Origin: Squalus acanthias
Taxonomy: Eukaryota
DNA: 64,000 nt
NCBI GenBank assembly: GCA_030390025.1
Contig: CM059432.1
Location: forward strand, 122,700,001 to 122,764,000
Direction of reading: 5' to 3'
Shown: positions 37,929 to 50,629 of the stretch, piece after piece
Layout: every line of letters starts with the position of its first letter
Position numbering within the stretch: position 1 is the stretch's first letter
The notes under the pieces: generated by a model
Database searches by the model: none
What the model was told of the DNA's origin: nothing
The model's input: only the letters and a program-made list of their open reading frames with translations
Made by a program: the position numbers and the translations under genes

Positions 37929-39088
37929 CTAGAAGCGGCTTGCTATTAGTCGTTGACGGACGGCCCTTGCAGTTTGACCATTGTGGGCCGCCCTCCTGCC
38001 TTGGTGCTGCTGATGATCATCGTCGTCGTCCTCTTCCTCCTCTTCCTCCTCCTCCTCTGGTGGTGCTACAAGGCCTGGTGGCATTGGCTGGGTCCTGAGG
38101 ATTGCCATGTTGTGCAACATGCAGCACACGACTACGAAGTTCGAAACTTGCTCAGGCGAGTACTGCAGGGCTCCTCCGGAATGGTCCAGACAGCGGAACC
38201 GTTGTTTCAGCACGCCGATTGTGCGCTCAATAATGTTCCTGGTTGCTTGATGGCTTTCATTGTACCGCAGCTCAGCAGGGGTGTTTGGCGTACGGAGCGG
38301 TGTCATCAGCCAGGTGCTCAATGCGTACCCCTTGTCCCCCAGAAGCCAACCAACTGGCTGATGCGGTGCCTCGAAAACTTCTGCCACAGTAGTCTGGCGC
38401 AGGATGAAAGCATCGTGGCAGCTGCCCGGATAGTGGGCATTGACAGCGAGTATCACCTGTCTGTGGTCACAGACCAACTGCACATTCAATGAATGGAACT
38501 CCTTTCTGTTCCTGAATTCCTCTGCATTCTCTCGCGGAGCACGCAAAGCCACATGCGTGCAGTCAATGGCGCCCTGCACCATGGGGAAGCCCGCTACCCT
38601 CGCAAAGCCCAGAGCACGGTCACGCTGCTTGTCTGGGGTCATAGGGAAAGAGATGAAGTCTCGTCTCCTTCTGAAGAGGGCATTGGTGACCTGCCGGATG
38701 CAGCGATGCACCGCAAACTGGGAGATATTGGCGAGGTCCCCAACAGCAGCTTGGAATGAGCCAGTGGCGTAGAGTTCAAAGCCACTGTGACCTTCACTGC
38801 CACCGACAGAGACGTCCTGGACCTCAGCTGAGGCTGCAGATCTGGCTGCAGCAGGTGGCAGAGCTCAGTGACCACCTCCTTGCTGAATCGCAGCCTTCGC
38901 AAACACAGCTCCTCGGACATATGGATGTAGGAGAGCTGTTCACGATATACCCTGGGAGGGTAAGCTCTCCTGTACATGCGCCTGATGGCCCTCCTCCGTC
39001 TGGCCATCATTGCCACTCTCTGTCTGCGTCTCACTATCCTCCGATTCAGCTGGAGCAGGACGACGCCCCCAATCATTGCAGCCCCCAT
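37929..39088 (-). pseudogene. Harbinger transposase with a single 1-bp frameshift near 38773
   Basis: ORFs 38639-39088 and 37929-38711 join if AAC-TC-TAC is restored to AAC-TTC-TAC (ALNFYATGSFQ). GAIDCTHV, LGDKGY and IERTIG are intact. Confidence 0.9.
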
Positions 39089-39659
39089 ATTCTCTTTGCC
39101 AGAAAAGTAATGAGGTACAGCAACTAAAGTAGCAACAAAGTTAGGATGAACTAGGCAAAACTACCTCACAAAGCGTTGAGTCAATGTAGAAGTCTCTCTC
39201 TCTCTCTCTCCGAATCTCTCTCTCTCTCTCAGAACGAGTGGTGCATAAATGTCGACCACAGAAAAAGACAGGAAGAGGCCCCCTTTAAATAGCGCCCCCC
39301 CCCCAGCCCCACACCGATTGATAACGTTCCAGTCTTCCGGTCGTTGGAAGCGCCAGGCGGTAAGGCAGGGGGCGCCACTCAATTTCTGCTCCGGGGCGCC
39401 CCAAGGGCGTTGCACCATGGAATGACGTCACAATCTGCGCGCGCAGGTGGTCGCAGCGGTAAGTTTTAGCGCCGCCGCACAATCTCAAGTTAAGTTCCCG
39501 AGCGGCGCAAACAGCGCTGCGCCCGGGCGTTAGCGGCTTAACGCCCCATTAGCGCCCTCTTAAGGCGCTAACGGGAGGCGCAACCAAGTGAATTTTTACC
39601 CCTAGAGGTCATGTGATGAAATCTCCAGGAATACTTCCAAACAGAGTTGGCAACCCAAG

Positions 39660-39945
39660 CTGGAGGTGTTGTCTTTTGGTTGAGATGTTAAACCGAGGCC
39701 ATGCCTGCCCTCTCTGGTAGATGTTAAACATCCTTCGCCGCTATTCAATGAAGAGCAGGGGAGTACTCCTGGTGTCATGGTAACCATTCATCCTTCACCC
39801 ACTACCACCAAAACAGCTGTGTGCAAAATGTCTGTCGTGTTTCCCTACATTACAACAGTGACTACACTTCAAAGTACTTCATTGCCTGCGAAGCATTTTG
39901 GGACGTCCTGAGGTTGAGAAAGGTACGTTAGAAATTCAAGTCCTC
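39660..39945 (+). mobile_element. SacSINE1/Deu-type SINE fragment
   Basis: GTTAAACCGAGGCC..GAAGAGCAGGGGAGT..ACAACAGTGACTACACTTCAAAG, as in the other copies. Confidence 0.72.
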
Positions 39946-40041
39946 CTCCTTCTTTGCATCTTGTCTCATCTCACGAAGTGTTTCTCAGTTTGCCTTTGAC
40001 AAGGTTGGAGGGAAACACATGGGGGCACTTGTGAAAGACAT

Positions 40042-40794
40042 GGGCCCCGATCTTGACAGGGGCAGGTTGCGTAGGTTGGTGGGGGGGCGGAGTTTCGGAG
40101 GGGAAACCCAGAAGTCCAGGTTTCCCTGCATGCTGTGGAGTTTTGACTGCAGCGTGCATATTTTTTGTATGCCAGGATTCCCGCCCGGATGTCTCAGCCT
40201 GATTCACAGGCTTGTCTTCCAGTTGAGCGGGGAGCAGGCCTCAGCCCCAGGTAGGGAGCCTGCTGCTGCTAGTGGGGGCGTCGGGATGTCTGATCCCTGA
40301 CCCCAGGGTTGTCCCATCTGGAGCGGTCTGATCCCTGACCCCAGGGGAGGGGGTCCAATCCCGGACCCCGAAGGTCTTTGTATGGGGGGGGGGTCTGTTG
40401 GGGGGTGGTGAGGATCTGATTTAAGGCAAGAGGGTGAGCTTGGGGGTTGAGCGGGAGCACTCCTGCTCCTCCTGGGCCACAAGCAGTGCTGTAAAGGCAC
40501 TTACCTTCTCCCTGAAGCTGTCTTCGCCTCCCTCCAGCTGTCGAGTTTCCCCAGGCTCAGGAAACCCGGCCGGCCAGGGTTAAACCGGTAAAACAGATTA
40601 AATCTGAGGCTGCCAGCCTCATTATAATATTTAAATGGCTAACCCGCCTCCAGGGAATGGGTTGGCTGCCCACCCCCTGTACTGCCTCCGTTAAACCCAG
40701 AAGTGGGCGGGTTGGGGTCGGGTTTGAGATTTTTAAAGCTTTAACATCTCACCCAATCCCAACCTACCCATTTTTGGGGATTAAAATTCACCCC
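40042..40794. mobile_element. Harbinger-type MITE related to 62253-63289
   Basis: Shared blocks GTAAAGGCACTTACCT, CAGCCTC(A/G)TTATAATATTTAAAT and TCCGTTAAA..AGAAGTGGGCGGGTT. Right end AAAATTCACCCC; the left TIR is degenerate. Confidence 0.7.
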
Positions 40795-41016
40795 ACGATA
40801 TCAAGTTCAGATCACAATAGGGTCCTATTGTTGCCCGGGTTATGCTATCATATGACTGGATATTGGGCAGTACGGGTACACTCCTGAACGTGAGATGATC
40901 TGAGTATTTGGGGAATGACCAGCACCACAATAACTGAGAAAATATTTAAGGCAGATCCGAAACCTGAGCTAATGTTTTCTTCCAGCTGTTACAGTGCTCA
41001 ACTATAAAACAGAGCT

Positions 41017-43385
41017 TTCTCTCTCTATCTCCATTTCTCAGGATAGGTTGTCAACCAATGTCTACAATAAAAGCCCACTGACTCCCACAGCTACCTTGAT
41101 TACACTTCCTCCCACCCCGCTTTCTGTAAGGACTTGATTTCATTCTCCCAGTTTCTCCGTCTCTGTCGCATCTGTTCTGACGATGCCACCTTCCACATCA
41201 GTGCCTCCAAGATGTCTTCCTTTTTCGTCAACCAAGTGTCCGTCCCATTTCCCGCACCTCTGCTCTCACCCCTTTCGCCCCCTCCCAGAACCACGATAGG
41301 GTTCCCCTTGCCCTCACCTTCCACCCCACCAGCCTTCACATTCAACGGATCATCCACCATTTCTGCCACCTCCAGCATGATGCCACCACCAAACACATCT
41401 TCCCCTCCCCTTTCAGCATTCCGAAGGGACCGTTCCTTCGTGACGCCCTGGTCCACTCCTGTAGGCTTCGCAAAATCCCCCAGAAACTCGAACAGAGCCC
41501 GTAAGGGAGTGATTTTTGGACTTTTCATACAAACTTGGGATGATGGGGCCTAAGTGAAGTGATTTGATGTAAAAACCTAAAGATCAGTGAAGAAAAAACC
41601 TGAGGAAACTGACTTTTTTGAATCTTACCTGTTGGGAGAGACACCTTTCACAGACCCAAGCTGCGAGGGGCGTGGCCGGGCAGTGAACAAATCAAGCTGT
41701 CTGGGAATTGTTTACACTACAAATCCTACCCAGGTGCAAGAGACAAAGCAAAAACTCACAAACACATTCAAATATGGATCCCCAGGGGCAAACAAGATGC
41801 TGGAAATCTAAAAACGATTAAATGACAATATAACTTCGATCACACAGTTTCATAGCCATTATCCCATCAAAAAAAACAATCAACCAGGTATCCACAGAAC
41901 AGATTTAAAAGCCCGCCAACAGACGTAGGACAATAGGGTGGAGATTTGGCGCGTAGATAAGGCTGTGTTTAAATCGGAAAACGATCAAGACATGTTTAAC
42001 ACTGAGCAAAAACCATCGGAAATGGCAAGCCCGCCAAAACTAGACAATTGGACTAAGCAAGGTTCATTTACAATCAAAAGGAATTCGTTTTAGTAAGGGT
42101 TTTTTGGGCGCGAAAAAGAAACAGTATAATTTGAAAGCCTGTGCCATAATCTCTCTCTCTTTCGGACTGGCTGACGACGCGGACACAGCTCTCTCCCTGC
42201 TCCAGCAAAACCTATCACAAGCCACAAGGAAGAAGGCAAGAAGGCCAGCACGCAAGAAGAAACCAGAGCGACTGCCTCAGTGACCATCAGACACCTCGCA
42301 GCAACAAGGGCCTTAAGGAGTCCTTTTAAACAAAAGACTCTAATATCCTGTCAAGGATTCGTTGGTGAGCATTATCCCTGATCTCCTGAAACCAAAAACC
42401 TAGCCAGATAGTGGGATCTTTGGGAGGGATAAGGTTTTGTTTGATATATTTCATTTCCCTCGCTTGTACCGTGTGTTCCCCGAATCTGTGTTTAAGTAAT
42501 AAGTGTGTTTCAAGTTTGTTACCTTTTTCTTTTAATAAAGTAAAATTCTTTCATCAGAACCTGTTTACTGCAATTTTGTTCACAACCCTAAATAAGTCCA
42601 AAGTCTAGGAACCGGAGGGGTGTGGGAGCGATTAAGATACCCCTTACACTCCTCAATCACCCCCAAGACCCCCTCCCCTTCCCACGGCACCTTCCCATGC
42701 AAGCGCAGGAGATGCAACACCTGCCCTTTTATCTCTTCTCTTCCCACTGTCCAGGGCCCCGGCCCCAAACACTCCTTCCAGGTGAAACAGCGATTCACTT
42801 GTACTTCTTTCAATTTAGTATACTGTATTCGCTGCTCACGATGTGGTCTCCTCTACATTGGGGAGACCAAACGCAGATTGGGTGATCACTTTAGTGAACA
42901 CCTCTGTTCAGTCCGTAAGGGTGACCCCGAGCTTCTGATCACTTGCCGTTGTAATTCTCCGCTCCACTCCCACTCTGACCTTTCTGTCCTCGGCCTCCTA
43001 CACTGTTCCAATGAAGCTCAGTGGAAGCTCAAGGAACTGCACCTCATCTTTCGATTAGGCAATTTACAACCTTCCAAACACAACATCAAGTTCAGCAATT
43101 CTAGATCATAACCGCCGCTCCCAATTTCTCGGACAGCAGGTGCTGGTAATGATTCTGCTGTTCATTTCATCTCTCCTGCCTTCCACCCTATCACAGACCT
43201 TCCCTTTTGTTCTTTCCTCCCCCTACCCCCCTTTCTCAGCCTCTGCACTTGCTTAAAATCTGTTACATCTCTAACCTTTTCCAGTTCTGACGCAAGGTAA
43301 ACAGAGCTGAAACGTTAACTCTGTTTCTCTCTCTCCGCAGATGCTGCCTGACCCGCTGAGTGTTTCCAGCATTTTCTGTTTATAA
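41017..43385 (+). mobile_element. Penelope-like element, 5'-truncated (RT thumb + GIY-YIG), split by a solo LTR
   Basis: KPTDSHSYLDY..FSQFLRLCRICSD, C-C linker and NLVYCIRCSRCGLLYIGETKRRLGDHFSEH. A 14-bp TSD TATAAAACAGAGCT flanks it (41003-16, 43386-99). Confidence 0.9.
41460..42648 (+). mobile_element. Solo-LTR-like element (1189 bp)
   Basis: TGTAG..TTACA termini, exact 4-bp TSD CTCC (41456-59, 42649-52) whose removal restores the Penelope sequence, and AATAAA at 42534. Confidence 0.85.
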
Positions 43386-44130
43386 TATAAAACAGAGCTC
43401 CTGGCCTACTGTCTTTTGGATTGTTCCCCATCTTTAACTTTAGAATGTCCCGTCCGAGAGGTCAGGGAGCAGGCTTTAGCCCTTGCCCAATGTCAACGCC
43501 ATTCTGGATCCTGCTGCTAGGAAATATGAGGTGACACTTGACTCTGATTTTTTTTTTATCCTTCCTTTTAGGTATCTTTTATTGTATGATCAGGATCTAG
43601 TATTCTGTGTTGGGAATCCTAGGTATGAACCTGTGTCCATGTTGCAATGCATTAGAGCCCCAGTGCACTGTGCCGTCCTCTTTTTAAATATTGTAACTTT
43701 TTTTTTAAATTACAGCAAATGAACTTTGCCAAGTAAATCAGACCCATGAACACAGTTTAAACCTGCAATACCAGCTCCAGGTAGAATGGTGGTGCACATA
43801 GAATACAATGGAACTGCTGCCTTCTCCATCAGTATAATCGAGCTTCACACCTCTGGACACACACGGCAGAAGATGCAGTAAGAAAACTTCGGAAGCTGCT
43901 GTAATTATTCACATCTAGACATAGCATCAGTTGCTTCTGCCTGCCCATCTTTTGCCTACATCTGGCTATTTCCAAGTTAAGTAACATATTTGTGTTAAAA
44001 AAAAACTAGCAGAGGCCAAAATCGCTTCAAAACAAACATTTTGAAATCAACCTTATTTCATATTGTAAGCTGTCTGACTCTTTGATTAATCACCTCTAAT
44101 CATGAAAATACACAGAACAATTATTTCATT

Positions 44131-44331
44131 ATGCGAAGATGCCGGTGTTGGACTGGGGTGGACAAAAGTGAGAAGTCGCACAACACCAGGTTATAGTCCA
44201 ACAGTTTTATTTGAAATCACAAGCTTTCGGAGCGGCTGCTCCTTCGTCAGGTGAAGTGAAGGAGCAGCGCTCCGAAAGCTTGTGATTTCAAATAAAACTG
44301 TTGGACTATAACCTGGTGTTGTGCAACTTCT
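44131..44331. mobile_element. Short Penelope-derived palindromic insertion (second family)
   Basis: About 75-bp near-perfect inverted arms (44169-44245 / 44257-44333) and a 13-bp direct repeat CAATTATTTCATT on both sides. Confidence 0.82.
44221..44250 (-). ncRNA. Minimal hammerhead ribozyme core (PLE type)
   Basis: The minus strand reads CUGACGA-A-GGAGC-AGCC-GCUCC-GAAA-GCUU. Confidence 0.65.
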
Positions 44332-46530
44332 CAATTATTTCATTGGCATTTTATTTCTCATCACACAACTATTCAAAATATGTATCTAAATGCTGGGCCG
44401 TTTGAAAGTTGGCAATCAGACTCCTTTTACACGTGCGGTAAAACACAACAATTTTAAGGTTTTTCCACAGCTATATCTTGAATTATTTTATTCTTATTAG
44501 TTTTGCTCCAGCCAAATGCAAAAATATAAAAATTCCAGAACAAACTCGATGGAGAAATGATTGAGTCGCCGTTCTTCAATAACAGCAGTTCATCACTTCT
44601 CACTGTGCAAGTTTTGAGCGTGCAGAAATATGATAAAATTGCTTGCTTCCCTACTGTTTCCTTCTCTTTAGGTTAGAATGCACCAAAAAAATGTTGTGCA
44701 TGTTCAGAATAAAATCTGGCAGTGGATTTCCGTGGGGAGCAAACTTTCGACAGCATTTCTCCCTGCAGAGAACTCGCAGGCTCTGATGGGTTGATTAACT
44801 GAAGCTCATCATTATTCTTTGCACATTAATCCTGCCCAACTTAAATCCATAAAATCTGTGCATACAAACAAGAAAATTGTTCCGAACATGGGAGAGAACT
44901 CTAATCACAATGTGATGGAACATTTTCCAAGACAATGCAAAGGGTTATCTCAAAGTAGCTGCTCATTGCAGGCACTACTACTGGGAACAGAGTAAAACAT
45001 ATCATATTATCATCAATCCCTGTGCAGACATTTTGTCTGTTGTGGTTCTTGAGGTGGCCATTTTGAAAAGCATTAAATGATAAGTATTTTCATATTTTAT
45101 GGCTATATCTCTAACAAGAATTCCCTTTTTTTCCCTGAAGGTACTATCTCTTGAAGGTCGTCCAGCAACTCGCCCAAGTGGTCTTTCTTCATTCGTGAGT
45201 TTAAACACACATTGTAACTCTGGGCAGGGCGGGAAACCTTGGCGGAGAGTTCAGCAAGAAGCCTGGGCCATTTTAACTCCTCGCTTAAATATTGCTGGAT
45301 GCTCTCCCACCCGAAGCAGACGGGATTTGAGTCAACATCGGCATGTGGGAGTGAGAATTGGGGAGGATACCGGATGCTGCCAGTGATCCACGGTAACGCT
45401 CCCCGGCAAGGCAAGTCAGGAAAGGGCAGGGTGGGGGCTGATTTCGACCAGAGAAGGAGTGGTGGAGGCGGGGTGGAACCTAGGGCAGAGAAGGCCCAAG
45501 GTTTCCTTCTTACGCCATACAAGGAACCATAACAAAACCTTTTAAATGAATACTTACCTGGACTCTCCTGACCTGATGCTGCTTGCCAGCAGCTTTTGCC
45601 AGTGGCTTGGATTCAAAATTACATTGGGGTCTGAATTATATCATTGGACCCTGGCGTTTCAATATTTATGAGGTCAAGTGAGTGGCCTCCACAGCTGAAA
45701 ACCTGAGAGTTAAAATTGCGGAAGGAGCAGGAATGCTGTGGTAATGCAGCAGGTTCCACCCAGCCGCCATTTTAACCCCTGGCCACGCTAAAATCAGGGC
45801 AAGAGTTTCAGCAGATTATTGTATTGTGAAGGACTTCACAGGTGAGCCTGATCCTATCTTCACCTGTCTTTAAACAAAAGTTGCTGTGTTCATTTCATTC
45901 AACTGAAATGGCCATAAAATCTTGTGTTAGAATCCAAAAGTCCTTCGTCTAACCTGAGGCCTAGTTCAGGACATTCATTGATGCCCTCACAATATTGGTC
46001 CAGAAAATGCTGGAAAAATAATGGCAAGATCACGGCACCCGCCATTAATAGTTCGTGAAAAATCCGATAATGCGCAGTGAAGAATAGACATGCCATGCGT
46101 TCTGATTCGCCACAAATTGCTGCACGATCTGCCTCGACAAAACCGAAAAAATTGGAACTTCTCCACGAGCCTCCACATTGAAGTTCATTACATATCATGA
46201 ACTTGCTGGATTTACACCGTTGCTGCGATTTAATCTCAGGGCAGCCATTTAGAGCTGGTAAATCATGTCATAAGGACCCTGTTAACGACGGGATCTATGG
46301 TCCTGATATTCCACTCAACCTTGGAAGCTCAGGAAGGGAACAATGAAACTGGAGTCTCACTCCTGCAGGTATGACTTGTTCCTAGAGCTTTTTAAAACTT
46401 TTTATCTGCCTTGGCAGTATTCTTTTGCCAGTCTTGCCACCCACACAGTATTGGATGGCAACCATATTCAGGATGCAAAGCTGTTTTGGCACTCAGAAAT
46501 GCAAATTAGATTTCTTTCAGAAAATAACAC

Positions 46531-47168
46531 TTTATTGCAAGGGGGATGGAGTATAAAAGTAGGGAAGTTTTGCTGCAACTGTACAGGGCGCTGGTGAGAC
46601 CACATCTGGAGTACTGCGTGCAGTTTTGGTCTCCTTATTTAAGGAGGGATATACTTGCATTGGAGGCAGTTCAGAGAAGGTTCACTAGGTTGATTCCTGA
46701 GATGAGGGGTTGTCTTATGAAGAAAGGTTGAGCAGGTTGGGCCTATACTCATTGGAGTTTAGAAGAATGAGAGGTGATCTTATTGAAACGTATAAGATTC
46801 TGAGGAGGCTTGACAGGGTAGATGCAGGGAGGATGTTTCCACTAGTGGGGGAATCTAGAACTAGGGGGCATAGTTTCAGAATAACGGGTCAACCATTTAA
46901 AACGGAGATGAGGAGGAATTTCTTCTCTCAGAGGGTCGTGAATCTTTGGAATTCTTTACCCCAGAGAGCTGTGGAGGTGGAGTCATTGAATATGTTCAAG
47001 GTGGAGATAGATGGATATTTGAGCAACGGGGAGTCGAGGGTTATGGGGAGCAGGCGGGAAAGTGGAGTTGAAACCAAAATCAGATCAGCCATGATCTTAT
47101 TGAATGGCGGAGCAGGCTTGAGGGGCCGAATGGCCTGCTCCTGCTCCTATTTCTTATGTTCTTATGTT
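46531..47168 (+). mobile_element. CR1 3' fragment
   Basis: [45 protein letters not shown] with an (TTCTTATG)n tail. Confidence 0.92.
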
Positions 47169-47407
47169 CACTGAACCAAACACTAGTATTACAGGAGTAA
47201 AGATACCAAGATGTCAGGATTGTTTTATCATTGTAATATTCACCGAAACAACAAAGACTGGAAAATCAATTTTAAGAAAAGATTTAGAAATCCTGAACAT
47301 TTTCGTTTGAACTTTCATTCCTTTTTCTGCTTTCCATTATCTGTTCTATTTTTAATATTTCTTTAACTTTTATTTTACATTTTGTCCAATTTAATTTTAA
47401 ACGATTG

Positions 47408-48142
47408 GGGGTAGAGTTTCTGCTTTGGGTGCAATCGGCGATCCGGGTTGCAAACTGTGCCCAAAATTGCACTCGTTTTGGGAAGTGATTTTTTTCTCAA
47501 GTTTCCGCTCAAATTTATTTGCATATCGCCAAATGTAAAATCTGCCATAAACCAGTGCAATCGGGCAGCGTTTTAGAACGTCATTTTAAAAAAAAATATT
47601 GCTTTAAAAAATATTCCTTGATATATTTAACAGTGGTAACCTGATGCAGTTTTATTAATACGGCTGAAAATGGGTTTATCACAAAGAATTAGCCTTTTTA
47701 ATAAAAGTGTCCAGTCCACCACCTGTGAGTAACCTGATTTTAAATCAGTGAAATTACTTCAAAAAACTATACGGAAACATTTACTAGTTTCATTGGTGTA
47801 CAGTAGTCAGCTTCTTAGTAAAATAAAAAAAATCATATTCAAAAGCTTTTAAAACGTGCCCAAAAAAATAGCTTGATTTAAGAGCCTCCTCAAAGGGCTG
47901 CAAACAGGCAGAATTAGCAGAAACTCGCCATGGTGATTAATTTGATCTGGGGGAGTGGCCAGTTTTGTGGTTGGCGCCGGCTTCGAGCACAATGATTTTT
48001 AAACTAGCGCAAAAAGGTCGCGGAAATTTGATTTGCGCTGGACATAACTTACGCTTGAAATTCTGCAATCCTTTGCGCTGGTTTGGCCGATTTCGGGTGA
48101 ATTGTGCTGAAATGAAGCGCAACCGAGCAGAAACTCCAGGCC
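47408..48142. mobile_element. Harbinger-type MITE
   Basis: Ends GGGGTAGAGTTTCTGCT / AGCAGAAACTCCAGGCC, CpG-rich subtermini and an AT-rich core. The TSD is unclear. Confidence 0.7.
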
Positions 48143-49000
48143 TTTCGTTCCCTAACCTTAAAATCATCTTTCTTCTGGCTCCCATCATCCACGTTGGCAG
48201 TGGGGGCAAGACTGCAAAGGGTTTTCAGCCAAAAGAAAAGATTGACTTGATTAATTCAAACGTGTTTAAAACAGAATGGGCCGTGCTGAGCCAGCATTTG
48301 TGTGTCTCTAATTCCCCTTCTCCTCCTTGAGCCAGACTGCAGCTAAACAATTAACGCCATCCGCATTATGAGACACAGAAGGAAGTAGGAATGTTTGGGG
48401 ATTTTTTGCATTCTTGTTGCCCATTTCACGTGTTGAAATTTCCAAACAATTCACTGAGAGAATAAATCCGATAAGAATAGCAAAATTAGGTGACCACAGT
48501 GATGTAAGGCAGCCAAAATATTTCTCGTATGATCTACCATGGGTACTTGCTTCAAAACAAATAAAACTTTTAGCTTATCTAAGACTAAGTAAGCAATAAA
48601 GACTGTCAGCTAAAGCACAACACAAAATGTTCACTCTGAACCACACTCCGAGGAACAAGCTGTATAGAAAAAGCAATAAAAACAATAACCAGTCACGAGT
48701 AAGAAAGCATAGTCTACCCGACAGCATCATTAACTCGTTATTGATTCACTCTCTGTGGATCACATGTCTCATGAATGCTCTGTGGTGGTAGTATTTTTTC
48801 TGTTCTGTACCATCCACGGACTTCTGCCGTGTTATTTTTTTGCATCAAATAAACACTTATTAAAAGTATGCATACTGATGACAACTGACAGTGACATATG
48901 TTGCAAATCCTTAATCTGTCACTATCAATAAAGTTGCCTTGAAGAGTGGCCTAATATGATCTGTGCTACAGACCTTTTGTAATGCAAGTGATAATGCAAA

Positions 49001-50629
49001 TGTAAGGGTATTTGTCGTGCCTGCGTCTCAGAGACGGTGCTGGTGCGGGGTTAGGCCTTCGTTGCCTAATACTATTGCTTGCTCTGGTCTCCGGACAGCC
49101 TTATTGCAATAAGCACCTGTGAGTGATTCGACCCACTCGCCCTTACGGTTCTAACACTGGACTTAGGTGCAGGAGCAGTAATGCAGAGAAAACTCAAATA
49201 GACCCGGTTGAATAGTACGAAATGGAAATCTTTATTGCATAACGTCCAGAATCATGAAGTACATGTCATAGGCGCAAATTAACGAGAGTACAAGTATACA
49301 TACATTCATAAAGCTTGGTCTAGGGAAATGAAGAACGCACGGCACATCGTAAAAAGGGGAACACATTATACTTTATCCTTAATAAAACCACCCTCCCTTA
49401 TCAATACCTACACTACGTCTAGATTTGTAGGATCGGGAAACATGCTCACCACTCGTGTTACTTCGGAGAATTTTAAAGTGAGGCACTCGGCTCGTTTCGC
49501 TGCAGCGCCTGACTGTCACGTGTTTGGAAGGGTCTCTGTACCCCACTTGTTTATCTTCGCTGCTGCGACAAGCAGGCCAGGCTCCCTGTTGTCATGAAGA
49601 ACTCGACAGAACTCGGACACGGTTGTAGAACTCAAAGAAGAGTCTTCCTGTTCCCGACACCGGTTGTCGGTAGATTTCAATGAAGAGTCTTTCTTGTATT
49701 TTCGGGCGCGGTCGGGGTTTACTGACCGTGGCGGCACATGGATTCTTCTTCTCGTCTTGTCATTTCATCTTGTCTCTTCGGGTCCAGACACCGTTTACCG
49801 ACTCTCGGGATGGTGCACCCGGTCACTTGCCCTCGTCGGGGCGGCTCGTTCCGTTTGAGCTCCACCCAACATTCGAATAACCGTCCAGTGCAGCTAAAAG
49901 TCAAGAGTCAACAGAGTCCAGCCCTAAGGAAGAGCTTCAGCAAGGGTCCGCAGAGAGATAAGAGTCGAATCAAGCGCATAAGAGACCGATGGACATTTGT
50001 TCACTATAGTTATAGTGCTGTGTACCCTTATCTCCCGCTCAAATCTTAATGTTTTCCTTTGTGTAATATTGGCGCTCAAAACTCCCAGCATGGGGCGATT
50101 CTTCTCTTTAACGGGTTTCGGTAGCACCTGAAACTGGCCAACTACCCGTTAATGTTTTCCCCATTGTTGAACCAGCCAGGATTGTATGAATCGTCTCCCT
50201 GACTGGTTTTGGGGGCCCCCGAATACTTGCTTAATCACCCGTTGATGTCTCTCTCATTGTAGAGCCGTGGGGGTATTTGTGTATTGATGTGTCTGGATGG
50301 GCCTCCGATTGCCCAGTACAATGGTCTTTACTTGTGCATGGAAAACGATTCCAGCACTTATATCTTTGCTATTGTCAAAAATGCAAACAGGTTGCATCCT
50401 GTCTTTATTAGTGTTTATCGAGTATGATCCAATCTTATATTGAATGTTTATTCGAACGCCATCTTGTCTGCCCACTGTAATTCTGGAAGCTTCTGCCACG
50501 ATGCGCGGCGGCCATTTTACAGGCTTCTGTGTCCTTTATTATCAGGACAGCATTTCGTTTAATAAAACTGATCAAACGAATCTGCTTCTCTTATGTTATT
50601 TTGAATCGCGATAATTGCGAAACTTTACA
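49001..50629 (-). mobile_element. Long solo-LTR-like element (1629 bp), divergent relative of the other two
   Basis: TGTAAGG..CTTTACA termini, exact 4-bp TSD CAAA (48997-49000, 50630-33), minus-strand AATAAA at 49231-36 and a shared GGGA..ATGCTCACCA motif. Confidence 0.8.

Larger units (their letters stand above)
35401..39602 (-). mobile_element. Full-length PIF/Harbinger DNA transposon (family B)
   Basis: TIRs GGGGTAGAAATT / AATTTTTACCCC, perfect TSD TAG (35398-400, 39603-05), and convergent Myb-like (+) and transposase (-) genes. Confidence 0.95.

Noticed and set aside
49328..50499. Viral accessory ORFs inside the long LTR
   Set aside because: Only short ORFs on both strands, with no motif and no visible counterpart in the other two LTR copies.
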